The translations under genes and the position numbers were made by a program. 64,000 bases of DNA. Origin: a virus. The notes under the pieces were generated by a model, which was given only the letters and a program-made list of their open reading frames with translations, searched no databases and was not told where the DNA came from. Location of the stretch: IMG/VR virus record IMGVR_UViG_3300048588_000136, positions 25,358-89,357 of that record. One strand, written 5' to 3'. Positions 7,425 through 16,964 of this stretch are shown here, piece after piece. Numbering within the stretch: the stretch's first letter is position 1; the number at the start of each line of letters is the position of its first letter.

Positions 7425-9413
7425 ATGCCCACATACACTTACAACGGGGTGACGGTTACAGCCACAGGGCGCAGACCATCAACTCGTGACGATAAAAAAT
7501 ATATGCGAACAGTCACCCGTGATGGCAAGGATTATCTTATCCATTACGGCGATCCCGATATGCCGATGCGTCGCAGTAACCCACAGGCACGGGCAAACTT
7601 TCTGTCACGGCACAGTTGCAGCACAAAGAAAGACCCATTGTCGCCGGGCTACTGGGCTTGTCTTGACTGGAGTCGCACCGACGAAGGAAAAAGCATGAGT
7701 GAGATTGCGGAGCTTCGCCAGCAATACGCTGAACTATTTCAGGTTGCACCAGATAGCAAATACAAGGGCGTAATGATTGCGCTCTATCCGTCCGCCGAGA
7801 CGGCAACGCAGATTGCGGCCATCCCCGGTGTGGCCACGCCGCCGGAGGATCTACACGTCACGCTGGCCTACTTGGGCGGCGTCGATGGGCTGACTGACGT
7901 GCAGGTTGCGGGTGCTATCCTGGCGGCACAAAAAACAGCCACCTACGGCAAACCTGTCACCGGCAACATTAATGGAGTAGGGCGCTTCAACGCCAGCGAG
8001 AGCAGCGACGGACAAGATGTGATTTACGCCGTGGTTGACCTGCCGGGACTTGACGAATTGCGTGATTGCCTGATGGACGAATTGGACGAATGCGATTGTG
8101 AACCGTCCACGAGTCACGGCTACACACCCCATATGACGCTGGTATACATTCCTGCCGGCACTGACTCGCCGGTTGGACTCGTGCCAACCATGCCGATCAG
8201 CTTTTCGTCAGTAAGCATCGCTGTCGGTGGAAAACGCGTTGACTTTCCCTTGCTCAGCATGGAAAAGGAAGACGACGAGGAAAGCAGCGGAGAAATGAAG
8301 TATTCGGACGTTGCTGACCTGTGTGCCGATGGGCGCGGCTGGCGACTGTTCAATGAACATGAATTTGCCGAGCCGCCCGCCTGGGTGCCGTGCCTACCCA
8401 AGCCTGGAACATTCACGCATCCAAGTTACGGACAAATCAGCGTAACGCCGGATCGCAATCAACGATTCGTGCAGAACTTCAAAACCGGCGTGTATCAATC
8501 GCGCATTCCGGTAGATGCCGAGCACCAACTAAAAACAAGCGGCGCTGTTGGTTGGATTACGGATATGCGCCTAAACGAAGACGGCAGCGCCGATGCTCAG
8601 GTTGAATGGACGGACCGTGGGCAGTCTCTCATCAGATCCGACCGCTACAAATATGTATCGCCTGAATGGTACGACAAATGGACGGCGCCCGACACCGGCA
8701 ACGAGCACAGCGATGTGCTAATCGGATTAGCGCTAACCACACGCCCATTCTTCAAAGAAAAATCACTGCGTCCGCTGGTGGCTTCTGAACGTGGGTTCTA
8801 CACCACGGATGAGCAGGTATCCAGCAACACAACTGTTGTTTATTTCAATGCATTTTCGGAGGTTTTAGACATGGCGGAAAAAGCCACAGAGCAACCAGTG
8901 ACTGCTGTGCAGTTCGGTGAGTTGCAACAGAAGTTTGATGAACTCAGCGGGAAGTTTGCCGCGGCAGAGGCGGCCCGTACTGAGGCAGAAGTGAAGGCGA
9001 AGCAATACGCAGAGGCGCTTGACGGCGCCAACGCCCGTGTGGCGGCCCTTGAGGCGACTGCCCAACGCAAGCGGTTTGGTGAATTGTCGGCCAACTGGTT
9101 TGGCAAGGCTGATGACAACGTGAACATGTTGACCAAGCTGGCGCAGGCGTTTGGTGAGGAATCGGCCGAGTTTGCCACCTATGTTACCCAGCAGCGCGCC
9201 ATTGCCGAGCAGATGAAGCAAAGTAAACTGTTTGAGGAAATCGGTAGCAACAAATCAGATCTTAACCCAAAGACGGCCACGCAAAAATTTAGTGATGCCG
9301 TGTTGACGGTGATGGGCGAACGCAAGGTTGACTACGCAACTGCCGCCACTGTGGTTGCCGGTACACAACCGCAATTGTACAGCGAATATGTCGCAGAACA
9401 GCGAGGCAAATAA
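7425..9413 (+). CDS. Multidomain head protein: small N-terminal phage domain + 2H phosphoesterase + Mu gpI-type prohead protease + scaffold
   Basis: IHYGDPDM...RANFLSRHSC...YWAC; DLHVTLAYLG and YTPHMTLVY (two HxT motifs); PVDAEH...AVGWI...VEWT...YKYVSPE...LALTTRPF; coiled-coil C-terminus. Confidence 0.85.
   Translation: MPTYTYNGVTVTATGRRPSTRDDKKYMRTVTRDGKDYLIHYGDPDMPMRRSNPQARANFLSRHSCSTKKDPLSPGYWACLDWSRTDEGKSMSEIAELRQQYAELFQVAPDSKYKGVMIALYPSAETATQIAAIPGVATPPEDLHVTLAYLGGVDGLTDVQVAGAILAAQKTATYGKPVTGNINGVGRFNASESSDGQDVIYAVVDLPGLDELRDCLMDELDECDCEPSTSHGYTPHMTLVYIPAGTDSPVGLVPTMPISFSSVSIAVGGKRVDFPLLSMEKEDDEESSGEMKYSDVADLCADGRGWRLFNEHEFAEPPAWVPCLPKPGTFTHPSYGQISVTPDRNQRFVQNFKTGVYQSRIPVDAEHQLKTSGAVGWITDMRLNEDGSADAQVEWTDRGQSLIRSDRYKYVSPEWYDKWTAPDTGNEHSDVLIGLALTTRPFFKEKSLRPLVASERGFYTTDEQVSSNTTVVYFNAFSEVLDMAEKATEQPVTAVQFGELQQKFDELSGKFAAAEAARTEAEVKAKQYAEALDGANARVAALEATAQRKRFGELSANWFGKADDNVNMLTKLAQAFGEESAEFATYVTQQRAIAEQMKQSKLFEEIGSNKSDLNPKTATQKFSDAVLTVMGERKVDYATAATVVAGTQPQLYSEYVAEQRGK
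8871..9413 (+). CDS. Nested in-frame scaffold protein (Mu gpZ-like internal start)
   Basis: GGAGG SD then in-frame ATG at 8871, at the start of the coiled-coil region. Confidence 0.6.
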   Translation: MAEKATEQPVTAVQFGELQQKFDELSGKFAAAEAARTEAEVKAKQYAEALDGANARVAALEATAQRKRFGELSANWFGKADDNVNMLTKLAQAFGEESAEFATYVTQQRAIAEQMKQSKLFEEIGSNKSDLNPKTATQKFSDAVLTVMGERKVDYATAATVVAGTQPQLYSEYVAEQRGK

Positions 9414-9805
9414 TGGCTTTTGAAGGCGCACAAATGAAGCTGACTGGTGTGACGGCCAGTGCAGACTTGAGCACTAAGCAATATTATTTCGTCAAAATGT
9501 CTGGTGAGCGAACTGTAACGGTTTGCGCCGGCGCTACTGACAAGCCGATTGGTGTGTTGCAGAACAACCCGACTAGTGGACAGGCCGCAGAGGTGTGTGT
9601 GGTTGGTCAAACCAAAGTCAGCGGTGATGGCGATCTCAACTACGGCGATTTAATTGGCACGAGCGGCGATGGGCAGGCCGATGCTAAGACAGCCGGAACT
9701 GATACCACGGAGTACATCTGTGGACAAGTCATTCAAGGCAATGGCGCAGCCGGCGGCTTGATTACGGCATTTATCAATTGCGCCAACATCGCGCGTGGTG
9801 CATAA
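9413..9805 (+). CDS. Capsid cement/decoration protein (DUF2190-like)
   Basis: ADLSTKQYYFVK...PIGVLQN...GQAAEV; lies before the MCP. Confidence 0.8.
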   Translation: MAFEGAQMKLTGVTASADLSTKQYYFVKMSGERTVTVCAGATDKPIGVLQNNPTSGQAAEVCVVGQTKVSGDGDLNYGDLIGTSGDGQADAKTAGTDTTEYICGQVIQGNGAAGGLITAFINCANIARGA

Positions 9806-9819
9806 GGAGAGTATAGACA

Positions 9820-10794
9820 ATGGCTCAGCCAACACAATCACAGGTTCATCTGGACGCGATCCTGACGAACATCTCCGTGGCCTACATTCAGAGTGAAGCG
9901 AACTTTATCGCTGGGCGGGTCTTCCCCACTGTCCCGGTTGATAAGCAATCAGATAAATTTTTTACGTACACGAAGAATGATTGGTTTCGTGATGAGATGC
10001 AAGTCCGACCGGACGGCACCGAAAGCGCCGGCAGCGGGTACGGTCTCAGCACGGCCAGCTACAGCGCCGACGTGTGGGGTCTCCACAAAGACATCGGTGA
10101 CCAGACCCGCAAGAACGCCGACAACCCGCTGAACATGGATCGGGATGCGGTGCAATTCTTGACCCAGCGCGGATTGCTCCGCCGGGAAATCCAGTGGGTG
10201 ACCGACTATTTCACTACGTCCGTCTGGGGCACTGACAAGACCGGTGGCGCTAACGGCGGCGGCGGCGATTTCACCTACTGGAGCGACTACACCAACTCCG
10301 ATCCGATTGAGGATATCGAGCTTGGCAAAGAGACTGTGTTAGGCCGCACAGGGTTTCTCCCTAACACGCTCGTTTTAGGGTATCAGGCGTTCCGTAAGCT
10401 GAAATTCCATCCTGACATTAAAGATAATTTCAAATACACATCGGCTGACAACATCACCGCCCCGATGATGGCCGCCTTCTTTGAAGTGCAAAATGTTTAC
10501 GTTGCTAAGGCGATCAAGGCCACGAACAACGAAGGCGAAACCGCAGCTTATTCGTTTACGCATGGCAAACACGCTTGGTTGGGGTATGTCAATCCGACGC
10601 CCGGTCTGTTGGCACCGTCTGCCGGCTACGTGTTTAGTTGGACCGGTGTAAGTGGCAACATGGGCGCCGAGGCTGGCATTAGCCGCTTCCGCATGGATCA
10701 CCTGAAGGCCGACCGTATCGAAATCGAAATGGCTTGGGACAATAAGGTGGTTGCCACTGATCTCGGCTACTTCTTCAGTGGGTGTGTCGCATGA
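9820..10794 (+). CDS. Major capsid protein
   Basis: LTNISVAY...FIAGRVFPTVPV...PNTLVLG; position and size fit. Confidence 0.9.
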   Translation: MAQPTQSQVHLDAILTNISVAYIQSEANFIAGRVFPTVPVDKQSDKFFTYTKNDWFRDEMQVRPDGTESAGSGYGLSTASYSADVWGLHKDIGDQTRKNADNPLNMDRDAVQFLTQRGLLRREIQWVTDYFTTSVWGTDKTGGANGGGGDFTYWSDYTNSDPIEDIELGKETVLGRTGFLPNTLVLGYQAFRKLKFHPDIKDNFKYTSADNITAPMMAAFFEVQNVYVAKAIKATNNEGETAAYSFTHGKHAWLGYVNPTPGLLAPSAGYVFSWTGVSGNMGAEAGISRFRMDHLKADRIEIEMAWDNKVVATDLGYFFSGCVA

Positions 10795-11144
10795 TGAATA
10801 GCTATCAGGTAGTACGCGCTTTTAGTGGTCAACCAACTGTGGGCGCCATCCTGACTGATGCTGATTTCCGTTCGCCTGAGCGCGCTAAACGGCTAGTGGA
10901 TCAACGCTACATTAAGCCGCTTGTGCGTGACGATGTTGGTATGCAGCCGACAGTTAAAACGCTACTGGGCGCTACCATCCGCCAGATGGACAAGATGCTT
11001 GCACAAGTGCAGGACAAGTGCGTGATTGAGTCCGCACTTGTGCAAGATCAGCGGGAATCAGCAAAGAAGCTCATGGAAAAGCGACTTGCGAACTGGGGGG
11101 GGATGAATGAACACATTGACGAAAGGCAATGCCAAGGTTGGTAA
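10782..11144 (+). CDS. Hypothetical virion-associated protein
   Basis: Directly after the MCP. Confidence 0.6.
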   Translation: MCRMMNSYQVVRAFSGQPTVGAILTDADFRSPERAKRLVDQRYIKPLVRDDVGMQPTVKTLLGATIRQMDKMLAQVQDKCVIESALVQDQRESAKKLMEKRLANWGGMNEHIDERQCQGW

Positions 11145-11532
11145 GCTGGTGGCCGAAAGCATTGCGGTAGAGAGTCTTAGTCTTGTCACCGCTACCTTTA
11201 CCATTGGCACTGAATCCGGCAACGCCATCAATGTTGCCATCCAACTTAAAGATGCCAGCGGCGCGGATCTAGCTCGGCGTTGTGCTTTGCCGTGGTATCT
11301 ATCAAGCGATGCTAACGGTGACGCTATTGCGTCGGCGCCAGGCAGTGGCATCGCTATCGGCACTGATGGCTTGCTTTTGGAATGGACGAACAATGTCAGC
11401 GGTTTGGTTGTCAGCGAAGCCGACGGCGACATTGACGTAACCCTGACCGAATCCAGTACCGGCACATGGTATCTGGTGCTCGTGTTGCCAGGCGGTAATC
11501 TTGCCGTATCCGGCGCCATCACCTTTGCCTAA
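11107..11532 (+). CDS. Structural protein (beta-rich head fibre/decoration)
   Basis: Gly/Ser/Thr-rich beta composition within the head operon. Confidence 0.6.
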   Translation: MNTLTKGNAKVGKLVAESIAVESLSLVTATFTIGTESGNAINVAIQLKDASGADLARRCALPWYLSSDANGDAIASAPGSGIAIGTDGLLLEWTNNVSGLVVSEADGDIDVTLTESSTGTWYLVLVLPGGNLAVSGAITFA

Positions 11533-11534
11533 TT

Positions 11535-11972
11535 ATGAGCATTGATCGTGTCCGCTTACTCGTTGGCGACAACGACAGCACTGACTACGTGCTGCAAGAT
11601 GTGGATGTCGTCTTTTTTCTTGAAGAGGCGAAAGACGACATCTATCTGGCCGCCACAATGGCAGCGGAAGCCATTGCTGCCAAATACGCACGCATGGTCA
11701 CAAATAGCCAATCTGACGTGCATGGCAATCATTCGCTGACTCGCAACTATAGCGATAGACACAAACACTATCTGGATTTGGCAAAGCGACTAGAGACGCG
11801 CCGCACTAAAAACCGGATGGAAACCATGTCGCTGGGCAGCGTGTACGCGGGTGGTATCAGCAAGACTGACAAAGAGACACGCCAGGAAAATACCGACAGA
11901 CCAGAAACGGCGTTCGCCCGCGATCTACACGAGAATACGAGAGGCACGCAGCGTGGCAGTATTCTGGAATGA
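11535..11972 (+). CDS. Head-tail adaptor
   Basis: DRVRLLVGD...YLAATMAAEAIAAKYAR. Confidence 0.75.
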   Translation: MSIDRVRLLVGDNDSTDYVLQDVDVVFFLEEAKDDIYLAATMAAEAIAAKYARMVTNSQSDVHGNHSLTRNYSDRHKHYLDLAKRLETRRTKNRMETMSLGSVYAGGISKTDKETRQENTDRPETAFARDLHENTRGTQRGSILE

Positions 11973-12474
11973 TCTAAACGACCGGCTGGTGTCAACGTTT
12001 TCGGGTGCGATGGGTGCGAGTAGTTCCTATAGCACCATGAAGGCGCAGACCATCAACGACCGGATTTATGCCGATGCGCACGAGTGGGTAACGTGGACAT
12101 TGCCTGCTATTTCGGTGGCGTGCTATCGAATACTGTACAACACACAGGCGCATGTCGGCTCAACCAATAAGCTTTATGAGCGCACCTACAAATGCATGGC
12201 GTTCGGGCTAATTTCCGGCAGTGTCAATTATCTCACAACGCCGGCCGTGGATACCGTGTCAGATGCGCTGCGTGAATTTTACGAGCGTATGGAGTCCGTG
12301 CTGTCAATTAATCAGTTTTCGTTTCTGTCGGCTGGCGTGCAGGCTCGCAGCGTGACCATAACTAGCGGCGACCTTGACGTAATTCGTTATCCGAATGATG
12401 ACATAGATAGTAAGCGCCGAATCGGCGTCGCCTATTTTATGTATGATGTCATAGCGAAAGTTAATCCATTATGA
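11953..12474 (+). CDS. Tail terminator-like protein
   Basis: GTG start after GAGG; LPAISV motif; lies before the tail tube gene. Confidence 0.55.
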   Translation: MAVFWNDLNDRLVSTFSGAMGASSSYSTMKAQTINDRIYADAHEWVTWTLPAISVACYRILYNTQAHVGSTNKLYERTYKCMAFGLISGSVNYLTTPAVDTVSDALREFYERMESVLSINQFSFLSAGVQARSVTITSGDLDVIRYPNDDIDSKRRIGVAYFMYDVIAKVNPL

Positions 12475-12680
12475 CCAGACAAGAAGTCTTAGACTATATC
12501 ATTGCCACACATGGCGACGATTTGCAGGAGGCGGGTGTGGAACTAACTGACACGCCGGAGAACCTATACTACGTGCTGTTTGACGCCATGATCTATGAGA
12601 ATGTCAGCGACGAACGCCAGCAGGAAGAGGCTGACGCCAAGGTGGCGCGCCTGATTGCCGATAAAACGGCGGGGAGTTAA
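12471..12680 (+). CDS. Small acidic hypothetical protein
   Basis: ATGA-coupled ORF. Confidence 0.55.
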   Translation: MTRQEVLDYIIATHGDDLQEAGVELTDTPENLYYVLFDAMIYENVSDERQQEEADAKVARLIADKTAGS

Positions 12681-12683
12681 TAC

Positions 12684-13715
12684 ATGTCGGCAACATCGGA
12701 AGCCAATTCATTAGGTTCATTTTTTGCCGTGGGGGTGCAAGGTGCTAAGGGTACAGCCGCAACCACGCTATATAAGCTAATCGCCACCGATAGCGGTTTG
12801 GCGCCTGAGTTTGAATACCGCGACACGCGACTGGAACATCCAAGCGCCGGTGGCACAACGTCATGGGCGCGGGCCAACGTCAATCAGATCACCGGCTACA
12901 TTGGCAAGGCTACTGTGACTTTTGCGATGCGTCCGAAGGGGATTGTGCCGGTGTTGCAGGGCGTTGGTTTTCAAGTTGTGACCACCAACAACACGACCAA
13001 CTATTCGCACGCTTTAACCCAAGGCACCGACGCCGCTCACAAATGGGTCACCGCCATCTGGAAAGTGGACGACAGCGACGCCGCCTACTACCAACGCGGT
13101 GTCGATGGCCGTTGTACGTCACTGACGATCACGGTCAACACTGACGAAATCATGTGTACGGCTGAAATCAGTTTCCTTTCTGTGGCGCCACTGTCGGGTA
13201 GCCCAACCTATGTTGCTGAACAGTCGGATGAAATCGTGCCCTGGGTTGGTGCCAGAACTGGCATCACGATTGGCGGGTACACGGTAGTCGAAGTATTGCG
13301 TGGTGCTGAGATTGGATTTGAGAATACCCTGCGTGACCAAGACAAAGCGTTGTGGACACAGACGCGTGTTAATATGCAACGCCAGTCTATCAACGGTACC
13401 TGCAACTTTACCGAAATCAATGTGTCCGATTCGATCTATGAGGCGCTGTACTATGGCGCTGATGCTGGTTCGACGGTGGCCACAGCCCCCGTTACTGGCG
13501 CGGTGGACGTTGAGTGGCGTAGCGCCGCCAATATCAGCGGCGCCGTAGTGCCGTACAAGTTTCAATATGCTGCGCCGTCGGTGCAGTGGGAAGCCGGCGG
13601 AATGCCGACAGCTAGCGGTGACAACCTTGTCACTATCGGCGCTAACGGTACCGTCGTTGGTAACGTGTCCACACCGATCACTGTGACGGTCGTCAACAAT
13701 GTAGCGAGTTACTAA
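12684..13715 (+). CDS. Major tail (tube) protein
   Basis: Beta-rich; ends ITVTVVNNVASY; precedes the tail chaperone. Confidence 0.85.
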   Translation: MSATSEANSLGSFFAVGVQGAKGTAATTLYKLIATDSGLAPEFEYRDTRLEHPSAGGTTSWARANVNQITGYIGKATVTFAMRPKGIVPVLQGVGFQVVTTNNTTNYSHALTQGTDAAHKWVTAIWKVDDSDAAYYQRGVDGRCTSLTITVNTDEIMCTAEISFLSVAPLSGSPTYVAEQSDEIVPWVGARTGITIGGYTVVEVLRGAEIGFENTLRDQDKALWTQTRVNMQRQSINGTCNFTEINVSDSIYEALYYGADAGSTVATAPVTGAVDVEWRSAANISGAVVPYKFQYAAPSVQWEAGGMPTASGDNLVTIGANGTVVGNVSTPITVTVVNNVASY

Positions 13716-13720
13716 AGTGT

Positions 13721-14254
13721 ATGGATGAACTAGAAAAGTCGATTGATGTTGCCGTAACTCTCTCGGAGGACGGCACCGAAACAGAATATCGTCTGACAAT
13801 TGGTGAGTGCAGTATCTATCGTAAGGCATTGTTTGACCGATACCGAGCGCGCATCTACGGCGCGGCTGCCGACGAATTCGCCAAGAATGTTGAACTGCCC
13901 GAAGCCGACAAATTGAGCAATGAATTTCTTCGATACTTTGCCGTCAGAAAACTGCTCAACCCGTTCGACGCTGAACTAATTGACACCATCGTCGCTGTCG
14001 CTATTGATCACGCCATCGTGTTGGCGTCTGTCCATGAGACGCGCAAGCGCGATGGCGAAACGTGGGTAATGGCGCAAATGCCGGCGTGGTGGTATGAACC
14101 AATGGAGGCCATTCAACTCATACCACCTGAAACGATTCGGGCGCTAGTTGGTGAGGTGCTGAAGGTGACGCCGGTTCGTGTGTTTGGCTTCATTCCCGCC
14201 GATGACGAGCAAAAAAAAAGGCTGAAAGTGATCGTCGCGCCATCAGCGAGTTAG
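13721..14254 (+). CDS. Tail assembly chaperone (G)
   Basis: Follows the tail tube gene; A9 slippery run near its end. Confidence 0.75.
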   Translation: MDELEKSIDVAVTLSEDGTETEYRLTIGECSIYRKALFDRYRARIYGAAADEFAKNVELPEADKLSNEFLRYFAVRKLLNPFDAELIDTIVAVAIDHAIVLASVHETRKRDGETWVMAQMPAWWYEPMEAIQLIPPETIRALVGEVLKVTPVRVFGFIPADDEQKKRLKVIVAPSAS

Positions 14255-14571
14255 CTAGGGCCATCATAGCGGCGGAAGAGTCGGCCAAAGAGGACAAGCA
14301 CGCACGGCCATTAACGCCGGCAGAGTTACGAGCAAAGGCTAAAGAGCTTGAAGCAGATGGGCTGTGTAATCCTGTATCGCTGGAAATATACAGGACATGG
14401 TATATGATGGGCGGATCACAGTATGGTCCGTCGCCTGTGGAAATACTCGAAATGCCAGCGTGGTTGCGCATGGATTTTGACACGATCAATCGGTACATCT
14501 CCGATGAGCGCGACAGGGTGAAACGCAACAAGCCGAAGAAGGCCACAGCCAAAACGAGGGGCAGACATTGA
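14209..14571 (+). CDS. Tail assembly chaperone -1 frameshift extension (G-T)
   Basis: GAG CAA AAA AAA AGG; the -1 frame is open (KAESDRRAISELARA...EMPAWLRMDF...RGRH*) to TGA at 14569-14571. Confidence 0.75.
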   Translation, partial: AKKKAESDRRAISELARAIIAAEESAKEDKHARPLTPAELRAKAKELEADGLCNPVSLEIYRTWYMMGGSQYGPSPVEILEMPAWLRMDFDTINRYISDERDRVKRNKPKKATAKTRGRH

Positions 14572-14574
14572 ACC

Positions 14575-14618
14575 AAAGGCACTTACCGCAGCAGCAAGCC
14601 CCGGCGAGTGCCTTTTTT
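14575..14618 (+). terminator. Intrinsic terminator
   Basis: AAAGGCACTT...GAGTGCCTTT followed by a T-run. Confidence 0.65.
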
Positions 14619-14628
14619 GTTGTTGAGA

Positions 14629-14883
14629 TCATGCTGAAATGCAAGGTTTCGAGACATATAGATCTGCGTGAATTCCATTGCGTTCTACATGAACAGTAGA
14701 GCCATGTAGTTCTTTTACTATTTTTAAATATGTGCTTTCCAGGATATTGCCGCTATGCACAATGTTGCCGCCCTCATCCTTTTGTAGCCCTGAATCATTT
14801 GGATTCGGCAAAAAACAAAGCGCTTCATAGACAGAATCGGGCATGTGTATGGTTATATTTATTTTGTCTCTGTTCATAGTCAC
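14629..14883 (-). CDS. Hypothetical moron-like protein
   Basis: AT-richer, opposite strand, AGGAGG SD. Confidence 0.55.
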   Translation of the reverse strand: MTMNRDKINITIHMPDSVYEALCFLPNPNDSGLQKDEGGNIVHSGNILESTYLKIVKELHGSTVHVERNGIHADLYVSKPCISA

Positions 14884-14907
14884 CTCCTACTGAGGATTAT
14901 ACCACAG

Positions 14908-15384
14908 ATGTTCACGTTAAGAACAGATAGCCGATTCGATGATTTAGAACGCTTGGTTGACCGCATCGCCCGGCCCGGCAATGGCCAAACCCGCATGATT
15001 GCCGACGGCATACGCCAGCAATTCGCAGCCAATTTTACGCGCCAGGGTAGCGGTGATGGACGTTGGGCACCACTAGCGCTGTCCACGCAATTGCAGCGGC
15101 GGCAACAAGGCTTTGCAGGCAATAGTCCGATCCTAGTGCGACGTGGCGATTACCGCAAGTCATTCACCGAGCGCAGCGGCGACAATTACGAAAGTATTCA
15201 GTCAACTGGCTTCGGGCTAGTAATCGACGTTGGCAGCAATGATCGTAGAGCGCCTTGGCTGGAACGTGGCACAAGCCGAATACCGGCACGGCCAGTCACG
15301 CTGCTAGGTGACGAGCAGGTTGATAATTTGGTGCGAATTGTTGATTTCGTTGTCGGAGAAATCGAGCGCAACATATGGCGCTAA
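14908..15384 (+). CDS. Virion morphogenesis / tail completion protein (Mu gpG-like)
   Basis: NFTRQGSG.GRWAPL...GTSRIPARP. Confidence 0.85.
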   Translation: MFTLRTDSRFDDLERLVDRIARPGNGQTRMIADGIRQQFAANFTRQGSGDGRWAPLALSTQLQRRQQGFAGNSPILVRRGDYRKSFTERSGDNYESIQSTGFGLVIDVGSNDRRAPWLERGTSRIPARPVTLLGDEQVDNLVRIVDFVVGEIERNIWR

Positions 15385-15566
15385 CTAAGGCTGAACCAAC
15401 CTACAAGGCACCCAAACCACGCTTTGTACCGGTGGTCGTCAATGGTAAGTTGGTGTTTAAGTTCGACCCTGAACGCGGGCTCATTGAATGGCAAAGCAGA
15501 GGCGAAAAACATATTATCGACCTAGCGGAATACGCTGAGAAACAAAATAGCGGTACAGACAATTGA
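15375..15566 (+). CDS. Small protein, possibly a Cys-less Com-like regulator
   Basis: GKLVFKFDPERGLIEWQSRG resembles the Com core GKLLFK...IEIKC without zinc ligands. Confidence 0.4.
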   Translation: MALTKAEPTYKAPKPRFVPVVVNGKLVFKFDPERGLIEWQSRGEKHIIDLAEYAEKQNSGTDN

Positions 15567-15591
15567 TGCTGTACCGCTGTTCTGTTCCTCG

Positions 15592-15741
15592 TCATACCTC
15601 TTCTGACCAACAATCCTTCACATCAGGCAAGCTCAACATACGATCAATCTCTGCCTGAATTTCGTCATCATTGCCCGTGAATGGGTGTTCATGCTCTCGA
15701 TTCCAGATGTCTGTATAGACAATGCGGACAGTACGCCTCAT
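15592..15741 (-). CDS. Small hypothetical protein (49 aa, MRRTVRIVYTDIW...)
   Basis: ATGA-coupled to the upstream minus-strand ORF; read by hand. Confidence 0.45.
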   Translation of the reverse strand: MRRTVRIVYTDIWNREHEHPFTGNDDEIQAEIDRMLSLPDVKDCWSEEV

Positions 15742-16283
15742 AGTGCGATTCTCCCGTACTGACTTAACACAGGTGGCAGATCGTTAGTATAGATATTCGT
15801 TGTCGGCTCACACTTACCGTGGTACATCAGCACATGACCACCATTAACGCCGGCGCTAGCAATGATGTGTCCATTTCGCTTAGCATGTGACTCAATCGGA
15901 CGCACTTCATGGTCTAGCACCAGCATATGTGCTGCGAAGCGTTGGTAGGGCTTGGGGAACTGTTGAGACAGGAAGACAACCAGCCCTGTCTCATGCTGCT
16001 CTACACCGTCAGTCACCCAGGGTTCGGGCATCGTAGCTTCTACGGTGGGGAACATACCAAACGCATTGTGTTGCTCCAGCCGACAAAGCCAGTTGCACGC
16101 TTTCTGATACTCGAATTTCTTGCCGTCCCACACAATACGCACACCGGCAGCATATGCCTTTGCCCAAAACGCAATCGCCGGGCGAATATACCACTGCTCA
16201 ACTGACGTGTGCTTAATTGCCATTGTCGGTTCTAGATTTAGCATGGTTGCCTCTATTTCTGATACACATGTGGATTTGCCCAC
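15738..16283 (-). CDS. Hypothetical protein
   Basis: Long ORF; likely start at an internal ATG near 16244. Confidence 0.55.
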   Translation of the reverse strand: MGKSTCVSEIEATMLNLEPTMAIKHTSVEQWYIRPAIAFWAKAYAAGVRIVWDGKKFEYQKACNWLCRLEQHNAFGMFPTVEATMPEPWVTDGVEQHETGLVVFLSQQFPKPYQRFAAHMLVLDHEVRPIESHAKRNGHIIASAGVNGGHVLMYHGKCEPTTNIYTNDLPPVLSQYGRIAL

Positions 16284-16487
16284 AGTTTAACATTGGTCTA
16301 GTGAGATAAGCAAGCACGGTGCCGATGCCAGTTCCCTCACTCCACACCCGTGTAGAGTTAACTCTATTTCGTAATTCAGTTGTTAACTCTATACGTATAT
16401 AGATTCCTGGTTCGTCGGCGCACTTCTGTGCTATCCTCCCCAGGCGTTTTAAGTGTCCATCTGAGTAATCCGGCCACTACGTAAACT

Positions 16488-16901
16488 CTACCACATTGCT
16501 CGCAGACTATCGACCTGTTCGGCATCGTTCATAGCGTCGAAGGCGGCCATGCGCTTCGCCATCCGTTTCGTTGGCAACTTTGCGTCCTTGACCGGCTCAG
16601 GTTCAGGCGAAACATAAGCTTGCAGCCGGGCCAGCAATTCATCCTGATACTGGCGCCGTTCGTCGTCGGACATGGCGTACACATCACGCAGGTTCGACCG
16701 ACAGTTCCGTAACTCGGTAATGTATTGCTTTCGCTCATCGGCCGTCATTGTTCGCAGGTCGGGTTGATCCTCGCCGCGCTCTGCTAATATTTTAGTGATG
16801 CGGGCACTCAGTTCGTCATTGTACGCGAGGAGTTCGGCGTAGGTCATGCTATCGATGTCTTTGCGCGAATCGTCGCGCTGAGGTAAAATCTTCTTAGCCA
16901 T
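16488..16901 (-). CDS. Hypothetical protein with M[TS]xDERxxY repeats
   Basis: MTYAELLAY / MTADERKQY / MSDDERRQY. Confidence 0.6.
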   Translation of the reverse strand: MAKKILPQRDDSRKDIDSMTYAELLAYNDELSARITKILAERGEDQPDLRTMTADERKQYITELRNCRSNLRDVYAMSDDERRQYQDELLARLQAYVSPEPEPVKDAKLPTKRMAKRMAAFDAMNDAEQVDSLRAMW

Positions 16902-16964
16902 AGGAAAGCTTCGACCTTTCTTGTGGTGATTAGCCGGCTAGGTGGTGAAGACACCTAACCGGCT

